Notes: generated by a model not told the origin, from the sequence alone. Positions 22,671 through 36,011 are shown, numbered from the whole stretch's first letter. The stretch: 62,797 nt of DNA, filler included, from Rhabdomonas costata (GCA_019059605.1; 40 parts of 40 records of this genome joined end to end with filler, not necessarily neighbours in it); one strand, 5' to 3'. A program made the numbers and translations.

Positions 22671-25202
22671 GCACATCTCCCCGTCCCCACCCGTTCTGCT
22701 GGAAGAACACATAGAAAACTGGGTGAACTCTGGCAATGTGAGATATGGGAGGGGGGGATGCTACACGTTTTACGACGTAAACGGGATGCTGCCTCCGCTC
22801 TTACCCCCAACAAAAAGGCCGTTTATCGCTCACCTACCGCCCTTGCTTTCCCTCACGAAACGCTGTATGTGAAGTTGCGCGAGACTGTGACCCGTTCAAT
22901 TGATTGACCCCCGCCCGACGCGTGCTCTGGGCATGCCGTGTGTGTATGTATGGAAGAGGGGTAAGCCCTTGCGAGGGACTGGGGGAGGTCAAGCTTTGGA
23001 AAAGTTCATCGGCACACCGATTGACCTCCATTCCTCGGGGGGGGGGGGTATTTTGACCTTGATCTTGTGATCTTGGCCCGCGGAACGTGGGGAGCATATG
23101 TTTATGGTCTCACAGCAGCATGGGTCAGCAGTGTGCCAAGAACTGCAAACCAGTGCACACGATGAAAGCAGGAATTGATTTATAAATAAACCCCCTGACA
23201 AACCAGCAGGAACTATTTGCAGCTTTACATTGAAAAGAAAAGAGTATTCCTCGGAAAACCCGACCGACAGAAACTTACAGAGAGGGTAAGACAAGTGTGG
23301 TTGTCAGGTTTTCAGGGGAAATGTTGCACACATGTGGTTGGTGGTGGGATGGAGACCAGAATCGGAAGTCGGAAATGGTGGGCAGAACGCTGGAAAGATT
23401 AAGGCACGATTGCGCTGAAGGCGCATGGGCAGAGCCCGCAGGGAGAAAGGACAGACACACGAGCCAGAGCACCTGGTCAACAGTTGAATTCCACAACACA
23501 ANNNNNNNNNNNNNNNNNNNNNNNNNNNNNNNNNNNNNNNNNNNNTTAATTAATTAANNNNNNNNNNNNNNNNNNNNNNNNNNNNNNNNNNNNNNNNNNN
23601 NTGTTTTGTGTGTAAACCGGACCATGTGTGATATCTTCCGTTTTGCCTTGGCGCTCGGTGCTTCTGTCATTCTGTTGCTTTGGTTGAGGGAAGGGAGAGG
23701 GCCAACCATTGGTGTGAAGTGGTGATTTGACTTATTTGGTTCTCAAGCAAGTTTCAATTCTTCAAATGCTTGAAGAAGGATGTCTTGTTGGCAATGAGGC
23801 GCGCCCCGTTCAACGGTGGTTAAAAGCCGGGGTCCTCCCCCTCCCATTTTTCTTTTTCTCAGCTGCGGAACTCCTGGTTGTTGTTTGATTTCTTTTTTCC
23901 ACCGAATGAGCAGCGAAACCCATGCCCATCTTCACTTGATTGTTATGTTACAACGAAAAGCTGAGGGCCGTGCTGACTTTGAACTCTAGTACCCCTAGTA
24001 ACCCCAGTACCCCCTGCGATTTTCTCAGTGCACCTATAAACCTCTAATCGCACAAGCTGGTGACTCTTTTTTTAGAGGCCCCCTCCCTCTGTGTCCCAGG
24101 ACACCACCTTGCGTGGCTGGGTGGCATTTCCCTGCCTGGTGGTCGCAGCCTGCCTCGAGTAGGCAGGGCGGTGCCCTAGGGATCTGTTTGTTCTCCTGTG
24201 GTGCTCCGGTCTTGCCATGCTCCACGCCTGCATTGAGTGAGTGACTTCCGCCTCCTGCCGCCTTCGTGCCACCAGGCGCATGAAATTTTGTTTGAATAGC
24301 TGTGCCAGTCCCTAAAGGTAACGTCCTTAAAGGTGGCGTATACCGCTTTTTGCCTTGTGACCGACCTTTACGGGTTGGTCTCCCTGTTTTGGTAAACACA
24401 CCGCTTGCACCTTGTCGGGCCACCGACACCAATTTCTTTTACAATCTCAGACCTCGGGCCCGAGTACACTGGGCTTAACTTACCTTTTTTTTGTGAAGGT
24501 TACCCTGGCTTTCACCACCGCAAAACCAAGAGGAAAAAAGGACTTTATCAAGGGCAGGTTATCCGCGCCGAGGATGTCTCTCGAGACAATTCCTGTGCGC
24601 TGTGAGTGTGGAAATAGACCCCCGATAGCGCTGGCACTGCCATCAGAGTGCAGACACCGCGGCGGTGAACGTCTGGTTTAAAAGTGTTTGCATCAGGGCT
24701 AGAAGACAGGTCACGAACCTATCGAAATCTCGGCTGCCGCAGATTCCCGCCCCTTTTTTGTGCGTACACAGAACGCTGGGGAAAGCACACATCGCATGAG
24801 AAAATGAAATGTGGTGAAAGGTGGGTCGATACCCGAGGCTTGATTCGATACTGTTGGGAGAGTTCGCTCCCCACATCGGCCAGAACGAATTTCTGAGCGG
24901 AGTGATTGGGGAATACGGGGCGTTGCCACATCCTCCTGGAGGCCTGATGCTAGGAGCTGCTGAATTTAGTACCCCTCCCCCCTTTTTGCCAGGACCCTTG
25001 GAGACACGTAACCGCAGTAACGAGTATTGAGGCGGCCCAAGGGCATACTTCTGAAATGATATTGCCCAACACCCNNNNNNNNNNNNNNNNNNNNNNNNNN
25101 NNNNNNNNNNNNNNNNNNTTAATTAATTAANNNNNNNNNNNNNNNNNNNNNNNNNNNNNNNNNNNNNNNNNNNNGGGTTGTTTTGCTTGTTTGTCTACCC
25201 AG

Positions 25203-26647
25203 GTACTATGAATCCAAACTGGGCAGCCTTGGGGCAATGCATGGGCTTTTGCCCGAGTACGCCCGGGGGCTTGACTTTGTCTGGAAATACTACACTTCGG
25301 GCTGCCCCTCCTGGCAATGGTTTGCGATAATTAATCACAATATTTTCATTGTGTGATAAATGAAAACACAAAAGGCTTGTCATGGCATGACTTCTTTCGT
25401 TTTCTTTCCGTAATCGGTTTCGATGCCAGTGTCAGTGTTCTCCGTTCTCCGTTGTTCCGTTGCTGCACTGAGATTTAGGATGAATGTTTCTTGTTCTTGG
25501 AGAATTCGAAGGCGTCTTTTTCCATGCCTTTTCAGGTTCTACAAGTATAACTATGCGCCTTTGGCAGCTGACTTGTATGACTATCTTCGTCGAGGATTCA
25601 GTCCTGCCCCCCACAAGTTTCCGGGAACACCCTTCACCCCCTTCCTACAGTTGCTTGCCATCCTTCCCCCAGCAAGCAGCCACGCCCTTCCGCAGTCCTA
25701 TCGCAACCTCATGAGCAGCCCTACTCTAAAGAAGTTCTACCCCTCTGACTGGGTGCTTGACCAGGGGCATCACTATTGGAAGTGGCAGAGCGCTGTACTG
25801 CTGCCCTTTGTGGAGGAGCGTCTCCTTTGCGATGCTGTCAAGCGCCTCACGCTGTCCGAGGTCCGCTGCTGATATATTTTTGGCAGCCGGCTTATTGATT
25901 CCCGTTCAACTGTACGTGGGTGTGATATGTGAACAATTCTCACGGTGCAGTCTGTACTAGATAAGTTGCAGAGATTGTGGAAGCATCAGACAATGTGGAA
26001 TGCAGAAGAACAGGCGCAATGGATGATGATGAGAAAGGCGGTTTGTGAGGGCAAAAAAGGCAATGAAAAGGCAATGAACACATTGATGAAACGTTCTTTG
26101 TGATTTGTGTGTGGGAGTGGGGTCGGAACAAAAAAGATTGCAGTAACTTCTGCTCTGGGTGTGTATAAAAGGTGCGAATGGGGCTGCTCCGGTTTGCTCA
26201 CAGGAAGAAGTGGAGCGGAACACCGAAAGACTGTTTTCCCTTTTGATTTGCTATCAATCGTTTGCCCCCGTGAGCAGACTTCTTGCGGATTTGCCTGCAC
26301 TTATCGATCTTCATCAAGCGAAAGTTCGCCTCGCCGCTCTACCTTTCGTGAAGCCAGGAAAAATCGCACTGCCGCAGCCGCCGTCAGCGAGTACCGAAAG
26401 TGAAGCCAAAAAGGCTTCGAAACAGTCCAGTTCTGTAGTGCCTGACGAAGTCAGTCCGACTTCGAAGCCCTCTGCGGAGAAAAGCGCAGGCAGCGTTTCA
26501 TCGAACTCCACTACTCCTGTATCAAAGCCAAGTTCTGTGAAAAAGATATGGAAGCCTGTCTGCACCGAAGTTCAACCAAGTTCTGAGGAAAGCTTGGCTG
26601 CAGATGCCTTGGTGTCGGACACATCAAAGATCTCTTCCCCAAACCCC
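25203..26647 (+). CDS. 5'-3' exoribonuclease of the XRN family, helical domain and low-complexity tail (partial)
   Basis: Exons 25203-25319, 25536-25860 and 26204 to contig end: RYYESK..EYARGLDFVWKYYTSGCPSWQWFYKYNYAP..PFTPFLQLLAILP..FYP..WQSAVLLPFVEE..LSEEEVERN. Confidence 0.95.
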
Positions 26648-26748
26648 NNNNNNNNNNNNNNNNNNNNNNNNNNNNNNNNNNNNNNNNNNNNTTAATTAAT
26701 TAANNNNNNNNNNNNNNNNNNNNNNNNNNNNNNNNNNNNNNNNNNNNT

Positions 26749-26985
26749 GTGTGTGTTGGCTACCTACATTTTAAAGCAATCACTAAAATAGAATCGTGCA
26801 CACTACCAATGATTGATGAAATGATTGACATTCTGTGGAAGGCTTGCTATTACACCACACTTGGTCTCCACTATGGCTTTCACCAAATCCTAGTGTGCAC
26901 AAAACACGTCCACCGAAATGCCTTTAACACTACGCATTGAACGTTTTACTACCTGAAAATGCACTTTGGATTGTGTAACGCCTTC
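26749..26985 (+). mobile_element. Decayed Ty3/Gypsy reverse transcriptase fragment
   Basis: CVGY..AIT..LPMIDEMID..YYTTLGLHYGFHQI..AFNT..*..YLKMHFGLCNA follows the Gypsy RT consensus. Catalytic D is replaced and there is a stop at 26938. Confidence 0.9.
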
Positions 26986-29900
26986 ACGCTGACGTGAAAA
27001 TCTTATTAGGCCTTTTTGGTTTCTAACAACGTTTCAGCAATTGCAGCGCCACCAACTGGTGAAGAAGAATCTAGTGTGAAGCTCAACAAAAAACTGCCCA
27101 AGTACTTATTTTTGTGCTGTTTTGGTTTGGTTTGGTTTTATTTCCAACACACAGGGTGGGCGTACGCGGCGAAAGCGGGATTATAGGGTCGAACCTCGCC
27201 GTTACAATGGCCCGAGTATCGTTAACGCTTTCCACCCGCGGATCTCATAATCACTTGACCCTGCTGGCGTGTTTTGAAATTTTCAGCCGCATCAGACCGA
27301 GACTAAAAGAATCTAATGTGAAACAAGTTTGCCCGCCCAAAACTGCCATCCACGCAAAACTAGCGAATTTGACACAATGCGCCTCCGTGCGCCTGTTTCT
27401 TCGTCTGCCCGCGCGCCTCCACTAGAAGCCCCCCCTCTCTTAGATTCGGCCCTTTTGTCTTTTGTGCCTCTGTGCTTCCGCTGCGCGGTACTGCCTTGAA
27501 CTCTGGCAAACTGTCCACGTTTAGTGGGGATCAATGCGGTGCTTAAAAACAACAGCCCCTCTGCCCGAAGATTTGTTGTATATGCCGTCCTACTGGCTGA
27601 CCCCATAAGAAAAATATGTCGGCACTAGGTCGGCAGGTTTGCCCTTTTGCGGTCGCGCCCTTACCGTGCCAGCAATGGATGTCGTTTCCCGCCTCTTGGT
27701 AAAAAGATTTTGGGTGGGCACGCGCCCGGAGCCGTAAAGAGCGGTGGGGGTGGCGTAGAAGAGAATTCAGCGCAAACACCAGCGAACATTGGGTTACTAG
27801 CAGTAGAGCGTGCTCTCCCCTTGGTCCAATTGCTGCGGTCCAACGCCGCCCTATCGTAAGAACCAGGTGCCGGGCACCACAGCACCACAAGGACATCATC
27901 ATCCTCGACACGGCGCCGCCGATGCCAAGCGCGCCTTAACAATACGGGCCGGCGTATGCAGATCACGGGAAAGAGCGCGGTCGAACCACCTGATAACAGA
28001 AGGACACAAAGGGAACACAAAATAGTGGTCCGGCACTGGTGCCCGCCGCAGATCATCGCAAATGAAGCACAGTCAAAGGCCATCATACAGGTAACGCTTT
28101 TCGAGCCAATATCTACGTGTCCGGCCTCCCAAAGGCGAGCGGCCCACCAAGAGTTGGTAATAGCCCCCTAAAGACCTTAGATGTACGTTACGGCATCATA
28201 TCAAAACTTTACAAAAACCCNNNNNNNNNNNNNNNNNNNNNNNNNNNNNNNNNNNNNNNNNNNNTTAATTAATTAANNNNNNNNNNNNNNNNNNNNNNNN
28301 NNNNNNNNNNNNNNNNNNNNTCAGTAAGTCTTGCGTCAGATGATGATTTGCACTCTGCTGTTGCTCCATCTGCTGGAAAACGTGGCCTCCAATGGCTGAG
28401 CAGCTGCTGGTTTAGCTGGCGGGGGTGAAGGTGGTTTGCCTGACATCATTTAACCCAAAACGAATCACAAGTCCAATATATCTCAATCAATTAAAAGAAG
28501 TTTTGCGCTGACCTGGTGGAAAACCACACGGTTCATGGGACGCACACACACTTGCACAGAGATTTAGCTATATGGGGCGCTACACGCCCTTCTGAAAGCT
28601 TTGTAACACATGCGGAGGTGGATGACTTTAGCCTGTCTACATCCCCTGCTATATCTCGCTTGCTGTGCCACCACGCAAACTCTGTCGAGAAGCGTCTGGA
28701 TTTATCTCCTCGCTAGCTGAAGTTGATTCCACTTCTTTGGGCTCTGCTCCCCTGCTCTGGGCGGGAATTTAGCCGGGCTCCTCTGATGTTGTAGCAGTTG
28801 CGTGTTGGTTTGTATTTCTTGTGGCGGGCCGTGTTGCTGCGGCTGAGCCTCCTACGGCGCCACCTTGGCTCGCTCGCTGTGGTAGTGGCTTCCAGGTTCT
28901 TTCTTTTTTCTTTCTTTCTTTTGGGGTTTTTGGTTTCTCCAGCAGGACACTGCCACTTTTTACTATCACTTGGCCGCGTAGGTTCGTACCGTCGTGTCAC
29001 ACGCGGTCTATCTGCCGAGCCTCTTACGTTCCTCCTACCTCTTGCTGGTGGTAGTGGCTATGGGATCCGCTTCTGACAGCCTGTATATCGACTTATCTAG
29101 CACTATGTGGGCGCAGCAGCGGTTTAACTTGGTGTAATCACCCAGTACAAGTGTGATCTTATCCAGATCCAGGTCTCTCTTTGTGCGCTGCGGTCTGTCG
29201 CCGCCGCTCGGGCTATATCTTTGATTTCTGGATTGGGTGTGTGTGGCGTCGGGCTCTTTGGATCCGCGCTGGCTTCCTCTAGCTGGCGGTGGGGGCTCTT
29301 TAGCCGAAGTAGGGCCGATGTCCATGGCAAAACGGGTGGTTTATCTGGACTTCTCTTGCTGTGACTTCGAGGGTTCCGCTGGGATGTGGGGTCCTGGATG
29401 TCTTTCATCTACCAAGCCGTCCGCTTACGCCTTTACCACCCAAAAACAAGGCAAGCAAGAATGGAACGGCACCAAAGCAAAGCACAGGGGAAAGTGAAAA
29501 GGTTCAGCTCTGAACCTTTTTAGACATGACTCGCCTCTACATCGCTTTAGTTTGGCTCCGCTGAGCTTTTTATATGCGACCTGTAAAATAGGTAAACAGC
29601 TTTCAATTCACAACCCAAAGACACCACAAAAACCAAAATATACCCAAGTAAAACTCAACCAAAACATTCGACGTCAAAATTCGGTTTCTAGACCTTTATG
29701 TGTATCTCTTTCCTAGTCATTTGAAATCGGAGTTTAAGAACACCGACTTGTTTCTTTTTTAATCCTCAATCCACTCGTCGTCAAATTCATCAANNNNNNN
29801 NNNNNNNNNNNNNNNNNNNNNNNNNNNNNNNNNNNNNTTAATTAATTAANNNNNNNNNNNNNNNNNNNNNNNNNNNNNNNNNNNNNNNNNNNNTGTTGGG

Positions 29901-30369
29901 TGGGCCCTCTTTGCAACAGAAGAACAGAACATAGAAGGCAACAGGACGGCCGGGCGAACTAAGTACATAGCCTGCTCTTGGTTGGTTCACCAACAGCCAC
30001 TACAAAAGAGTCCACTCCTACCAGCTGGGAGTACCCGTGTTTGTGTTCCTCGAGGGTGCCCTTCTGCGGGTGCGGGTGCTTCGACAGCTGCCACGCAGTA
30101 CTAAATTCCCAGAAATGAAGCACCACTCTTAAGGTGGAGAATGTTTTAATGTGGTGTTTAATTCTGAACCAACAGATCAGTTTTAAAAGGTACCTTTGGC
30201 GTTGGCCATAAAACGCCTTTTCTGGTTACCGACCTTAGTGTGGTCCTTGAATTCGCTTCCAACATCGCAGCACATTCACAGTTCGTCCACAATACACACG
30301 GCATCTCCTTAATATTTTTTACTCCTTTCATATTGCAACTTTTTGTCTCCCCTCCTCCCTTCCCCATGC

Positions 30370-30584
30370 CGCTGGCACAACATGGCGGAATCGGCGCAGG
30401 CGCTGAACATCGTCAGAGTGGTGCAAAAGGGAGGAATTAAGGTCTCCTGCGTGCACGAATGTGTCATGACTGTGCACGAGAGTGCAACTGAAGCCATTCC
30501 CTGGGGGCGTCAACTGTGCATCCTTGTAGTGAAGGTCTGCGAATTTTTTTTGAAGCTGCTTGTCAATCACGGGAATGCTGGGCT
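30370..30584 (-). CDS. Probable exon of a hypothetical protein
   Basis: aag|PSIPVIDKQLQKKFADLHYKDAQL..LRRFRHVV. Donor site uncertain; another possible exon at about 30035-30100. Confidence 0.35.
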
Positions 30585-31822
30585 TTTACAAAGACAATGG
30601 GATAGAAATATTTGGAGGGGAGGCTAGCCGCCGGGGCGGTGGCGCTGGGGCGGGGATGTTGCCTTGGCGGCTTGATAAACAGATTTCAATCAGTGCAGTG
30701 GATTTCTTTTGAAGTTAATAGCATTTGCCATCGTCTTTTTGAAAGACAGGAACGGATGTCCAATGTGCAGTAACAGTACCCTATGTCAACGTAAATGAAG
30801 CCCAGCTACTCATGTAAAACCTTGGAAAGTGGCATCACTGACCCACACCCAAGCTCCGATCGCCGATAGAGAACAGCTTCACATGCACACGTTCACACGA
30901 ACCTAACTTGGCCTTACATCGCCATGCATCACTGGGTTGGAGGGCCTCACACTCTACCACTGCTTAGCCCAACACTGAGGAATGAGATGCACCATAGCCA
31001 ATGCCACCAACACGACGCTGGTCGGATAACGCTATGACACGGATACAACTTGAGGTTAATGACAAGGCTATGAAACACACCACCACACCACCACCAATCC
31101 ACATCAATGCCATACATACAGAAAGATTATGACGTCATGCCATGGTTGACCTTACCCTGATGTTGGCATTGCAGGGTACGCCAATACCACGCGCCACCAT
31201 GGTGGGTCAGGAACCATGACGTAAGGTATACCTCACTTGAGATGCTTGAGGGCGGTACACTTCCTCGCGGCAGACTACCCGTCAAGTTGTTATCCCACAC
31301 GCATAGTGCTGCAGAAGGTGTTATTCAAACAACCTGTGGCTTGGTAACACAACTCGCCCCNNNNNNNNNNNNNNNNNNNNNNNNNNNNNNNNNNNNNNNN
31401 NNNNTTAATTAATTAANNNNNNNNNNNNNNNNNNNNNNNNNNNNNNNNNNNNNNNNNNNNGGTTGTTGTGATTTTCTTTCTTCACCTCCTTTCCCACACC
31501 CACACCTTCAAGGTGGCCGATGCATAATGACTTGCTAACTGCGGAAGGTGGATGTCAGTGTGTACGTGCGATCGGCTGAAAGCTGTGCCCGACTCCATCT
31601 GAGCTCATTGCCTTCTACAAATCTATAAATTGTAAATTGTAAATCTCCTGCAATTCTGGGTGATCCTTCCCTATTGGCCGTGCTGCCGCGAACACAGCGC
31701 GAAGAAGGTAACCCGCCCTAAGCCGTTTTGGAAGGCAGTGGAAGCTGCGTTCTCCCGGTTCGTGGACTGCTGTTCTCTAGTGCCTCGTTCCATCTTTTGT
31801 TTTCTCTCTCTGTTTCCCGTAG

Positions 31823-32606
31823 GGCTGCGCTCAGCGCCAGGTGGCGCTGCCCTTTGCGCAGGCCGGGCAGTGGGAGGCCGTGCTGGCGCTGCTGCCCGTG
31901 CCCGGTCTGGAGCTCACGACGGAGCTGCACTGCGCCATCACAGCGAAGGCACCGGTGTCTGTGGTGCAGCAGCTGATCGAGGCCAAAGCCCCACTGGACT
32001 TCCAGGCTTGTCCCACCTGCGTCACTCCGTGCTGCAGGCATTTCACGTGTTCACTGTGTTTGGCGCGCCGTTTTAGTGCGCCTCGTACTCCGCATCCCGC
32101 GTGTGCCGCAGGACCTGTCGGGGAGGACCCTTCTGCACTCCGCCGTGCAGCAGGGGGACGCTGCTTCCTGGGATGCCCTTCTATTGGCGAAGGTCGACCC
32201 GGACCTTCAGGTGTCTGCTGTGGCGGTGATTTTTTCTTAACTTTTCTTTGGGGTCTCACAACATCTCTCGCGGAACCCTGCCCAATCGTTTTTTGCCCTC
32301 AGAACCACACCATGCCATTTTTCAGAGTTCAGAGTTCAGAACTCATCTATCTGTGGTGCTACCATGCCGGGGTTGAAGTTGTTCTTTCTGTGCATCACGC
32401 AGAATCAGTTTTGCTCTTAACAACGCTGTTTTTTCAGCCACACCGATATTTTTGCGGTGGTTTTGGCCTCGTTGCTGACAACACTGCATCAATGCGTCAC
32501 TCCACAGGATGCCCATGGATTCACCGCCCTGCACTACGCCGCCGAAGCCCGCAGCGTGGAAGCCCTAACCGCCCTGCGTGGTGCCGGTGCCAGCCTGGCG
32601 GTGTGC
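31823..32606 (+). CDS. Ankyrin-repeat protein (partial)
   Basis: Exons 31823-32005, 32112-32210 and 32508-32600/32606: ELHCAI..LIEAKAPLDFQ|DLSGRTLLHSAVQQG..LLLAKVDPDLQ|DAHGFTALHYAAE..LRGAGAS. Confidence 0.9.
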
Positions 32607-33117
32607 GTATGTATGTGCGACGAGAAGAGAAGCCTTGGTGGTGGAGGCCACCCAAAAGGACTCGGAAAGGCCTAGCTTCTAGCTGAGGCCTCTTGTAAAA
32701 ATTGTCCGATTGGGACATTCAGCAACGCTAAACGTTTAGCAGCGCTCAACAGAAGGTCGCCCATCCCCCCGCTCCGGCCGCACGCTGACTGGCCTCCGCA
32801 CTTCAACTAATCAAAATCCCTTTTGTATTGCCATTTCCTGGGAACCGTTCATCGCCCTTGCGTTCTGACGTAATCGTTTAGCACGGCTAAAACTCGAATG
32901 CCCCCACCCCCATTGCGATTGTCCCCCACAAACNNNNNNNNNNNNNNNNNNNNNNNNNNNNNNNNNNNNNNNNNNNNTTAATTAATTAANNNNNNNNNNN
33001 NNNNNNNNNNNNNNNNNNNNNNNNNNNNNNNNNGTGGGGTTGGGCCCAGTATGCATCCCAGGCATCTCACCTAATGCATCTTTGAAGGGGGACAGGTACC
33101 CAAAGCAGTAGCTATAC

Positions 33118-34290
33118 CTGTAGACCTCCAATAGCCTTTTCAAGGCGGTAGCGCTCCTGCAAGGAGATGGTCTTGACAGCCGACTTGCCATCAGTGCTCG
33201 CATCCCAGGTCTCGCGGAACCGCTCCAAGAGCTCAATGAAGTCCGTCAGCTCGACCCACCACGAGTGAGTAGGGTCCAGCTGGGTCCACAGCCGGCAAAA
33301 CTCCTCGACTGCCTTTTCGCGCATCGTAATTTGCTTCTCGCGCTGCAGCATGTTATAGAAGGTGTCCACAACGATCGCAATGAAGGTGTTCAGCAGCACC
33401 AGGCTGATCACGAACTGGATCCCCAGCGCGAACAGTGGAGCCCGTGGCTGCCCGCAGTTGTCGAGGCTGGGGTCGCAGAAGGGGGGGCCCGAGCTCATCA
33501 GGTCGTTCATGATGCCCGGCCCTGGAGGTGGTGGATGGAGAAAAGTAAGGGCTATCAAAGCATTCACTGCTACGTCGGAGTGTGCAAATGCGAATCACTG
33601 CGTTTGCTGAGAAGAGCGTCCAGAACGATATGTTGAGTGCACCATCCCACAATTTCCTACGCATCGGACGTTTCAAATGTCATCAGAATACACAAAGGCA
33701 AAGGGAGTGCAGCTCACGCACAATTCTCGCCCGTGGACATGACGTAGCAAGTCAGCAAAGATGTGCCGAAGTCCTGGAAGTTGATGTGGTCGTACAGAGC
33801 CAAAGAATCCGCCACGTCGATCTACACAAAAACGCAAAAAAAGGGGGGGGGGGTGACCAAAGAGACACTCAGAGGCCTCGCGCAGAGCTGGACGACGGGC
33901 CCTCCCAACCACTGGCCTCAACGCAAAGTGCAGACAAGCCTTGCCGAAGTAGAACATCCCCACAATGGCAAAGATGTAGTACATGATGAACATCAGCAGG
34001 ATGACGTTGAGCAGCTGTGAGAGGGTTTGCGCGATAGTCCGTGACAGAGCCAGCACCCCGGGCATCCACTGCACCACCCGGAACACCCGCAGCACCCGGA
34101 TCGGGAAGAACACGTTCGCCGTTAGAGTGGTGTCGCGTCCCTGGCCCCACTGCTCGACCAGAATCGCGATCATGGCGAAGACCACGATCAGTGCGGAGAG
34201 GATGTTCCAGCGGTCATTCAGGAACAACCTCCACCCCAGCCCGGAGACCAACACCACGATCTCTCCGGCAAAGATGGCCGTGAAGGCTAC
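33118..34290 (-). CDS. Four-domain voltage-gated Ca2+/Na+ channel alpha subunit, repeat IV and proximal C-terminus
   Basis: Exons 34290-33940, 33821-33722 and 33521-33118: S3 WNIL, S4 IRVLRVFRV, S5 YIFAIVGMFYFG, pore NFQDF..STGENWPGIM, S6 LLNTFIAIVVDTF, EF-like EEFCRLWTQLDP. Confidence 0.95.
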
Positions 34291-34942
34291 CTTCGCAAAA
34301 ACAAAAGCAAGACTGGTTACAGAAAGGTGAGAAGCCCAACAAAGAGTGCCAAAAGATCAGGTACGCGTTTTGTGGAGGCTCGTTTCTAGTACATTCCCGT
34401 CGCCCACGCGTATATGCTTGGTCCGTTCTGGACGCCGGCGACGCGGGAGAAGGTGAGAAGTACAAATTGACCGGGATAGCAGGAAAGAAAGGGCAATTAA
34501 TTCGGGNNNNNNNNNNNNNNNNNNNNNNNNNNNNNNNNNNNNNNNNNNNNTTAATTAATTAANNNNNNNNNNNNNNNNNNNNNNNNNNNNNNNNNNNNNN
34601 NNNNNNGTGGTGGGTGTGTTTGGTTTGGGGGGTACGGCGTCCGTCCATCGACTGATGCATATTGATACTGATATTGATACTGATGCGTATTGCATATGCT
34701 GGGCACTAAAAGAGCGGAAAATGATGCGTGGAAGCAGTAAATCTGGTTGAGGACAATGTGAGGCATCCCCTTTTCTTTCCCGTTTTCGCCTTCTCCACTG
34801 TCCTTTCTTATACTCAAACAAACATATATGTCCCAGTCGCCCAAACCAAAAACCCGATGTGGGTATGTGATCTGCTGCCGCAGCTGCTTACACAGTGGCA
34901 ATGCAAAAAAAGGGATGTGGGGTTGTCTGAGGGAGTCCGCAC

Positions 34943-35446
34943 GTCGCGAATTTGCCCGGAGCTGTACTCCACGGGGTCTGCGGATACGCTCAGCACGTCG
35001 GCCGGGTCCCTGTCAATCTTCAGCACTCGAAAACGCTGGCATCCCAGGTCGCTGGCCACGAGGTAGAACTTCTGCAGGTAACACAATCAGGCACAGTGGT
35101 TCTCAACCGAAAGCAGTGTTCCAACCAAGGGCGAACGACCGCAAAACATGGCGCAGCAGTGCATTTTGACTTGGCCGTGTTTTGTTAAGACTGAGAGTTA
35201 AATTGCCCATTGAATGAGAGCGTACCGTTATCATTCAAGTGCAAAAATGTAATCCGCGCCAAGTAAAATGGGATAACTCAGACAACAACATACAACGAAC
35301 GCAGCACCCATGTGAAAAACACGGCGGTGTGAAAGCCGCAGAATAAATGCAGGGAGGGATGCGCAGAATGCGAAGGAAACTATCCGTACCAGCTTGGTCT
35401 CGTACAGAGTGTACAGTTGTAACGTTCTCTTGGGTGGAGGCAACAT
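34943..35446 (-). CDS. FIG4: FIG4/SAC3 phosphoinositide phosphatase, N-terminus
   Basis: Exons 35446-35390 and 35071-34943: LQLYTLYETKL|KFYLVASD..RFRVLKIDR..L..DPVEYS, the characteristic FIG4 N-terminus. Confidence 0.85.
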
Positions 35447-36011
35447 TCTCAAAATAATTCTCAAAGATTCTCAAACACCTTAAGAGCAAAACCAGGGTGC
35501 AGGCAGAGAGACTGTCGAAAGGAGCTGTTCGGTGACTTCGTTTCGGGAGAAGTCTCTGATATGTTTTAGGAGGCAGGGCTCCGTTCAATCCCCAGAAGAA
35601 ATCCAATCACTACAACAAGGTCTAAAGTCCTCCTCTTGGTCCATATTAGATTGACTGACGATGACCATGCGAACACCCACCCCCTCCATCACCCATGTTG
35701 AGATTCACATGAAGGAGCACTTCTTCACTTAGTCACTTATTGGATTTTCATTTTCAGAGCGCAGGCCGGTTTGTGACAGCAAAACCTCTGCGTTGGATTT
35801 TTACCCGTACTCAGCGAAGGAGCAAGGCAGAGAACAAACTTACATGAAACCAAACCCATGCAGTACAGTGCAAACCAAGCATTCCCACCAGAACACCACA
35901 CGAAAAGAAAGATCTCCCCAAGGATCACCTCGAAAGCAACGATAAAAGGTGAAGCCAAAACCAGCACCGAACGAGCATACAGATGTCGAGGTGGAGGGTG
36001 GGGCGGAGGTA

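Noticed and set aside
27800..28200. Tyrosine recombinase remnant
   Set aside because: Only vague resemblance (CP, SQRRAAHQEL); catalytic R and HxxR motifs are not recoverable.
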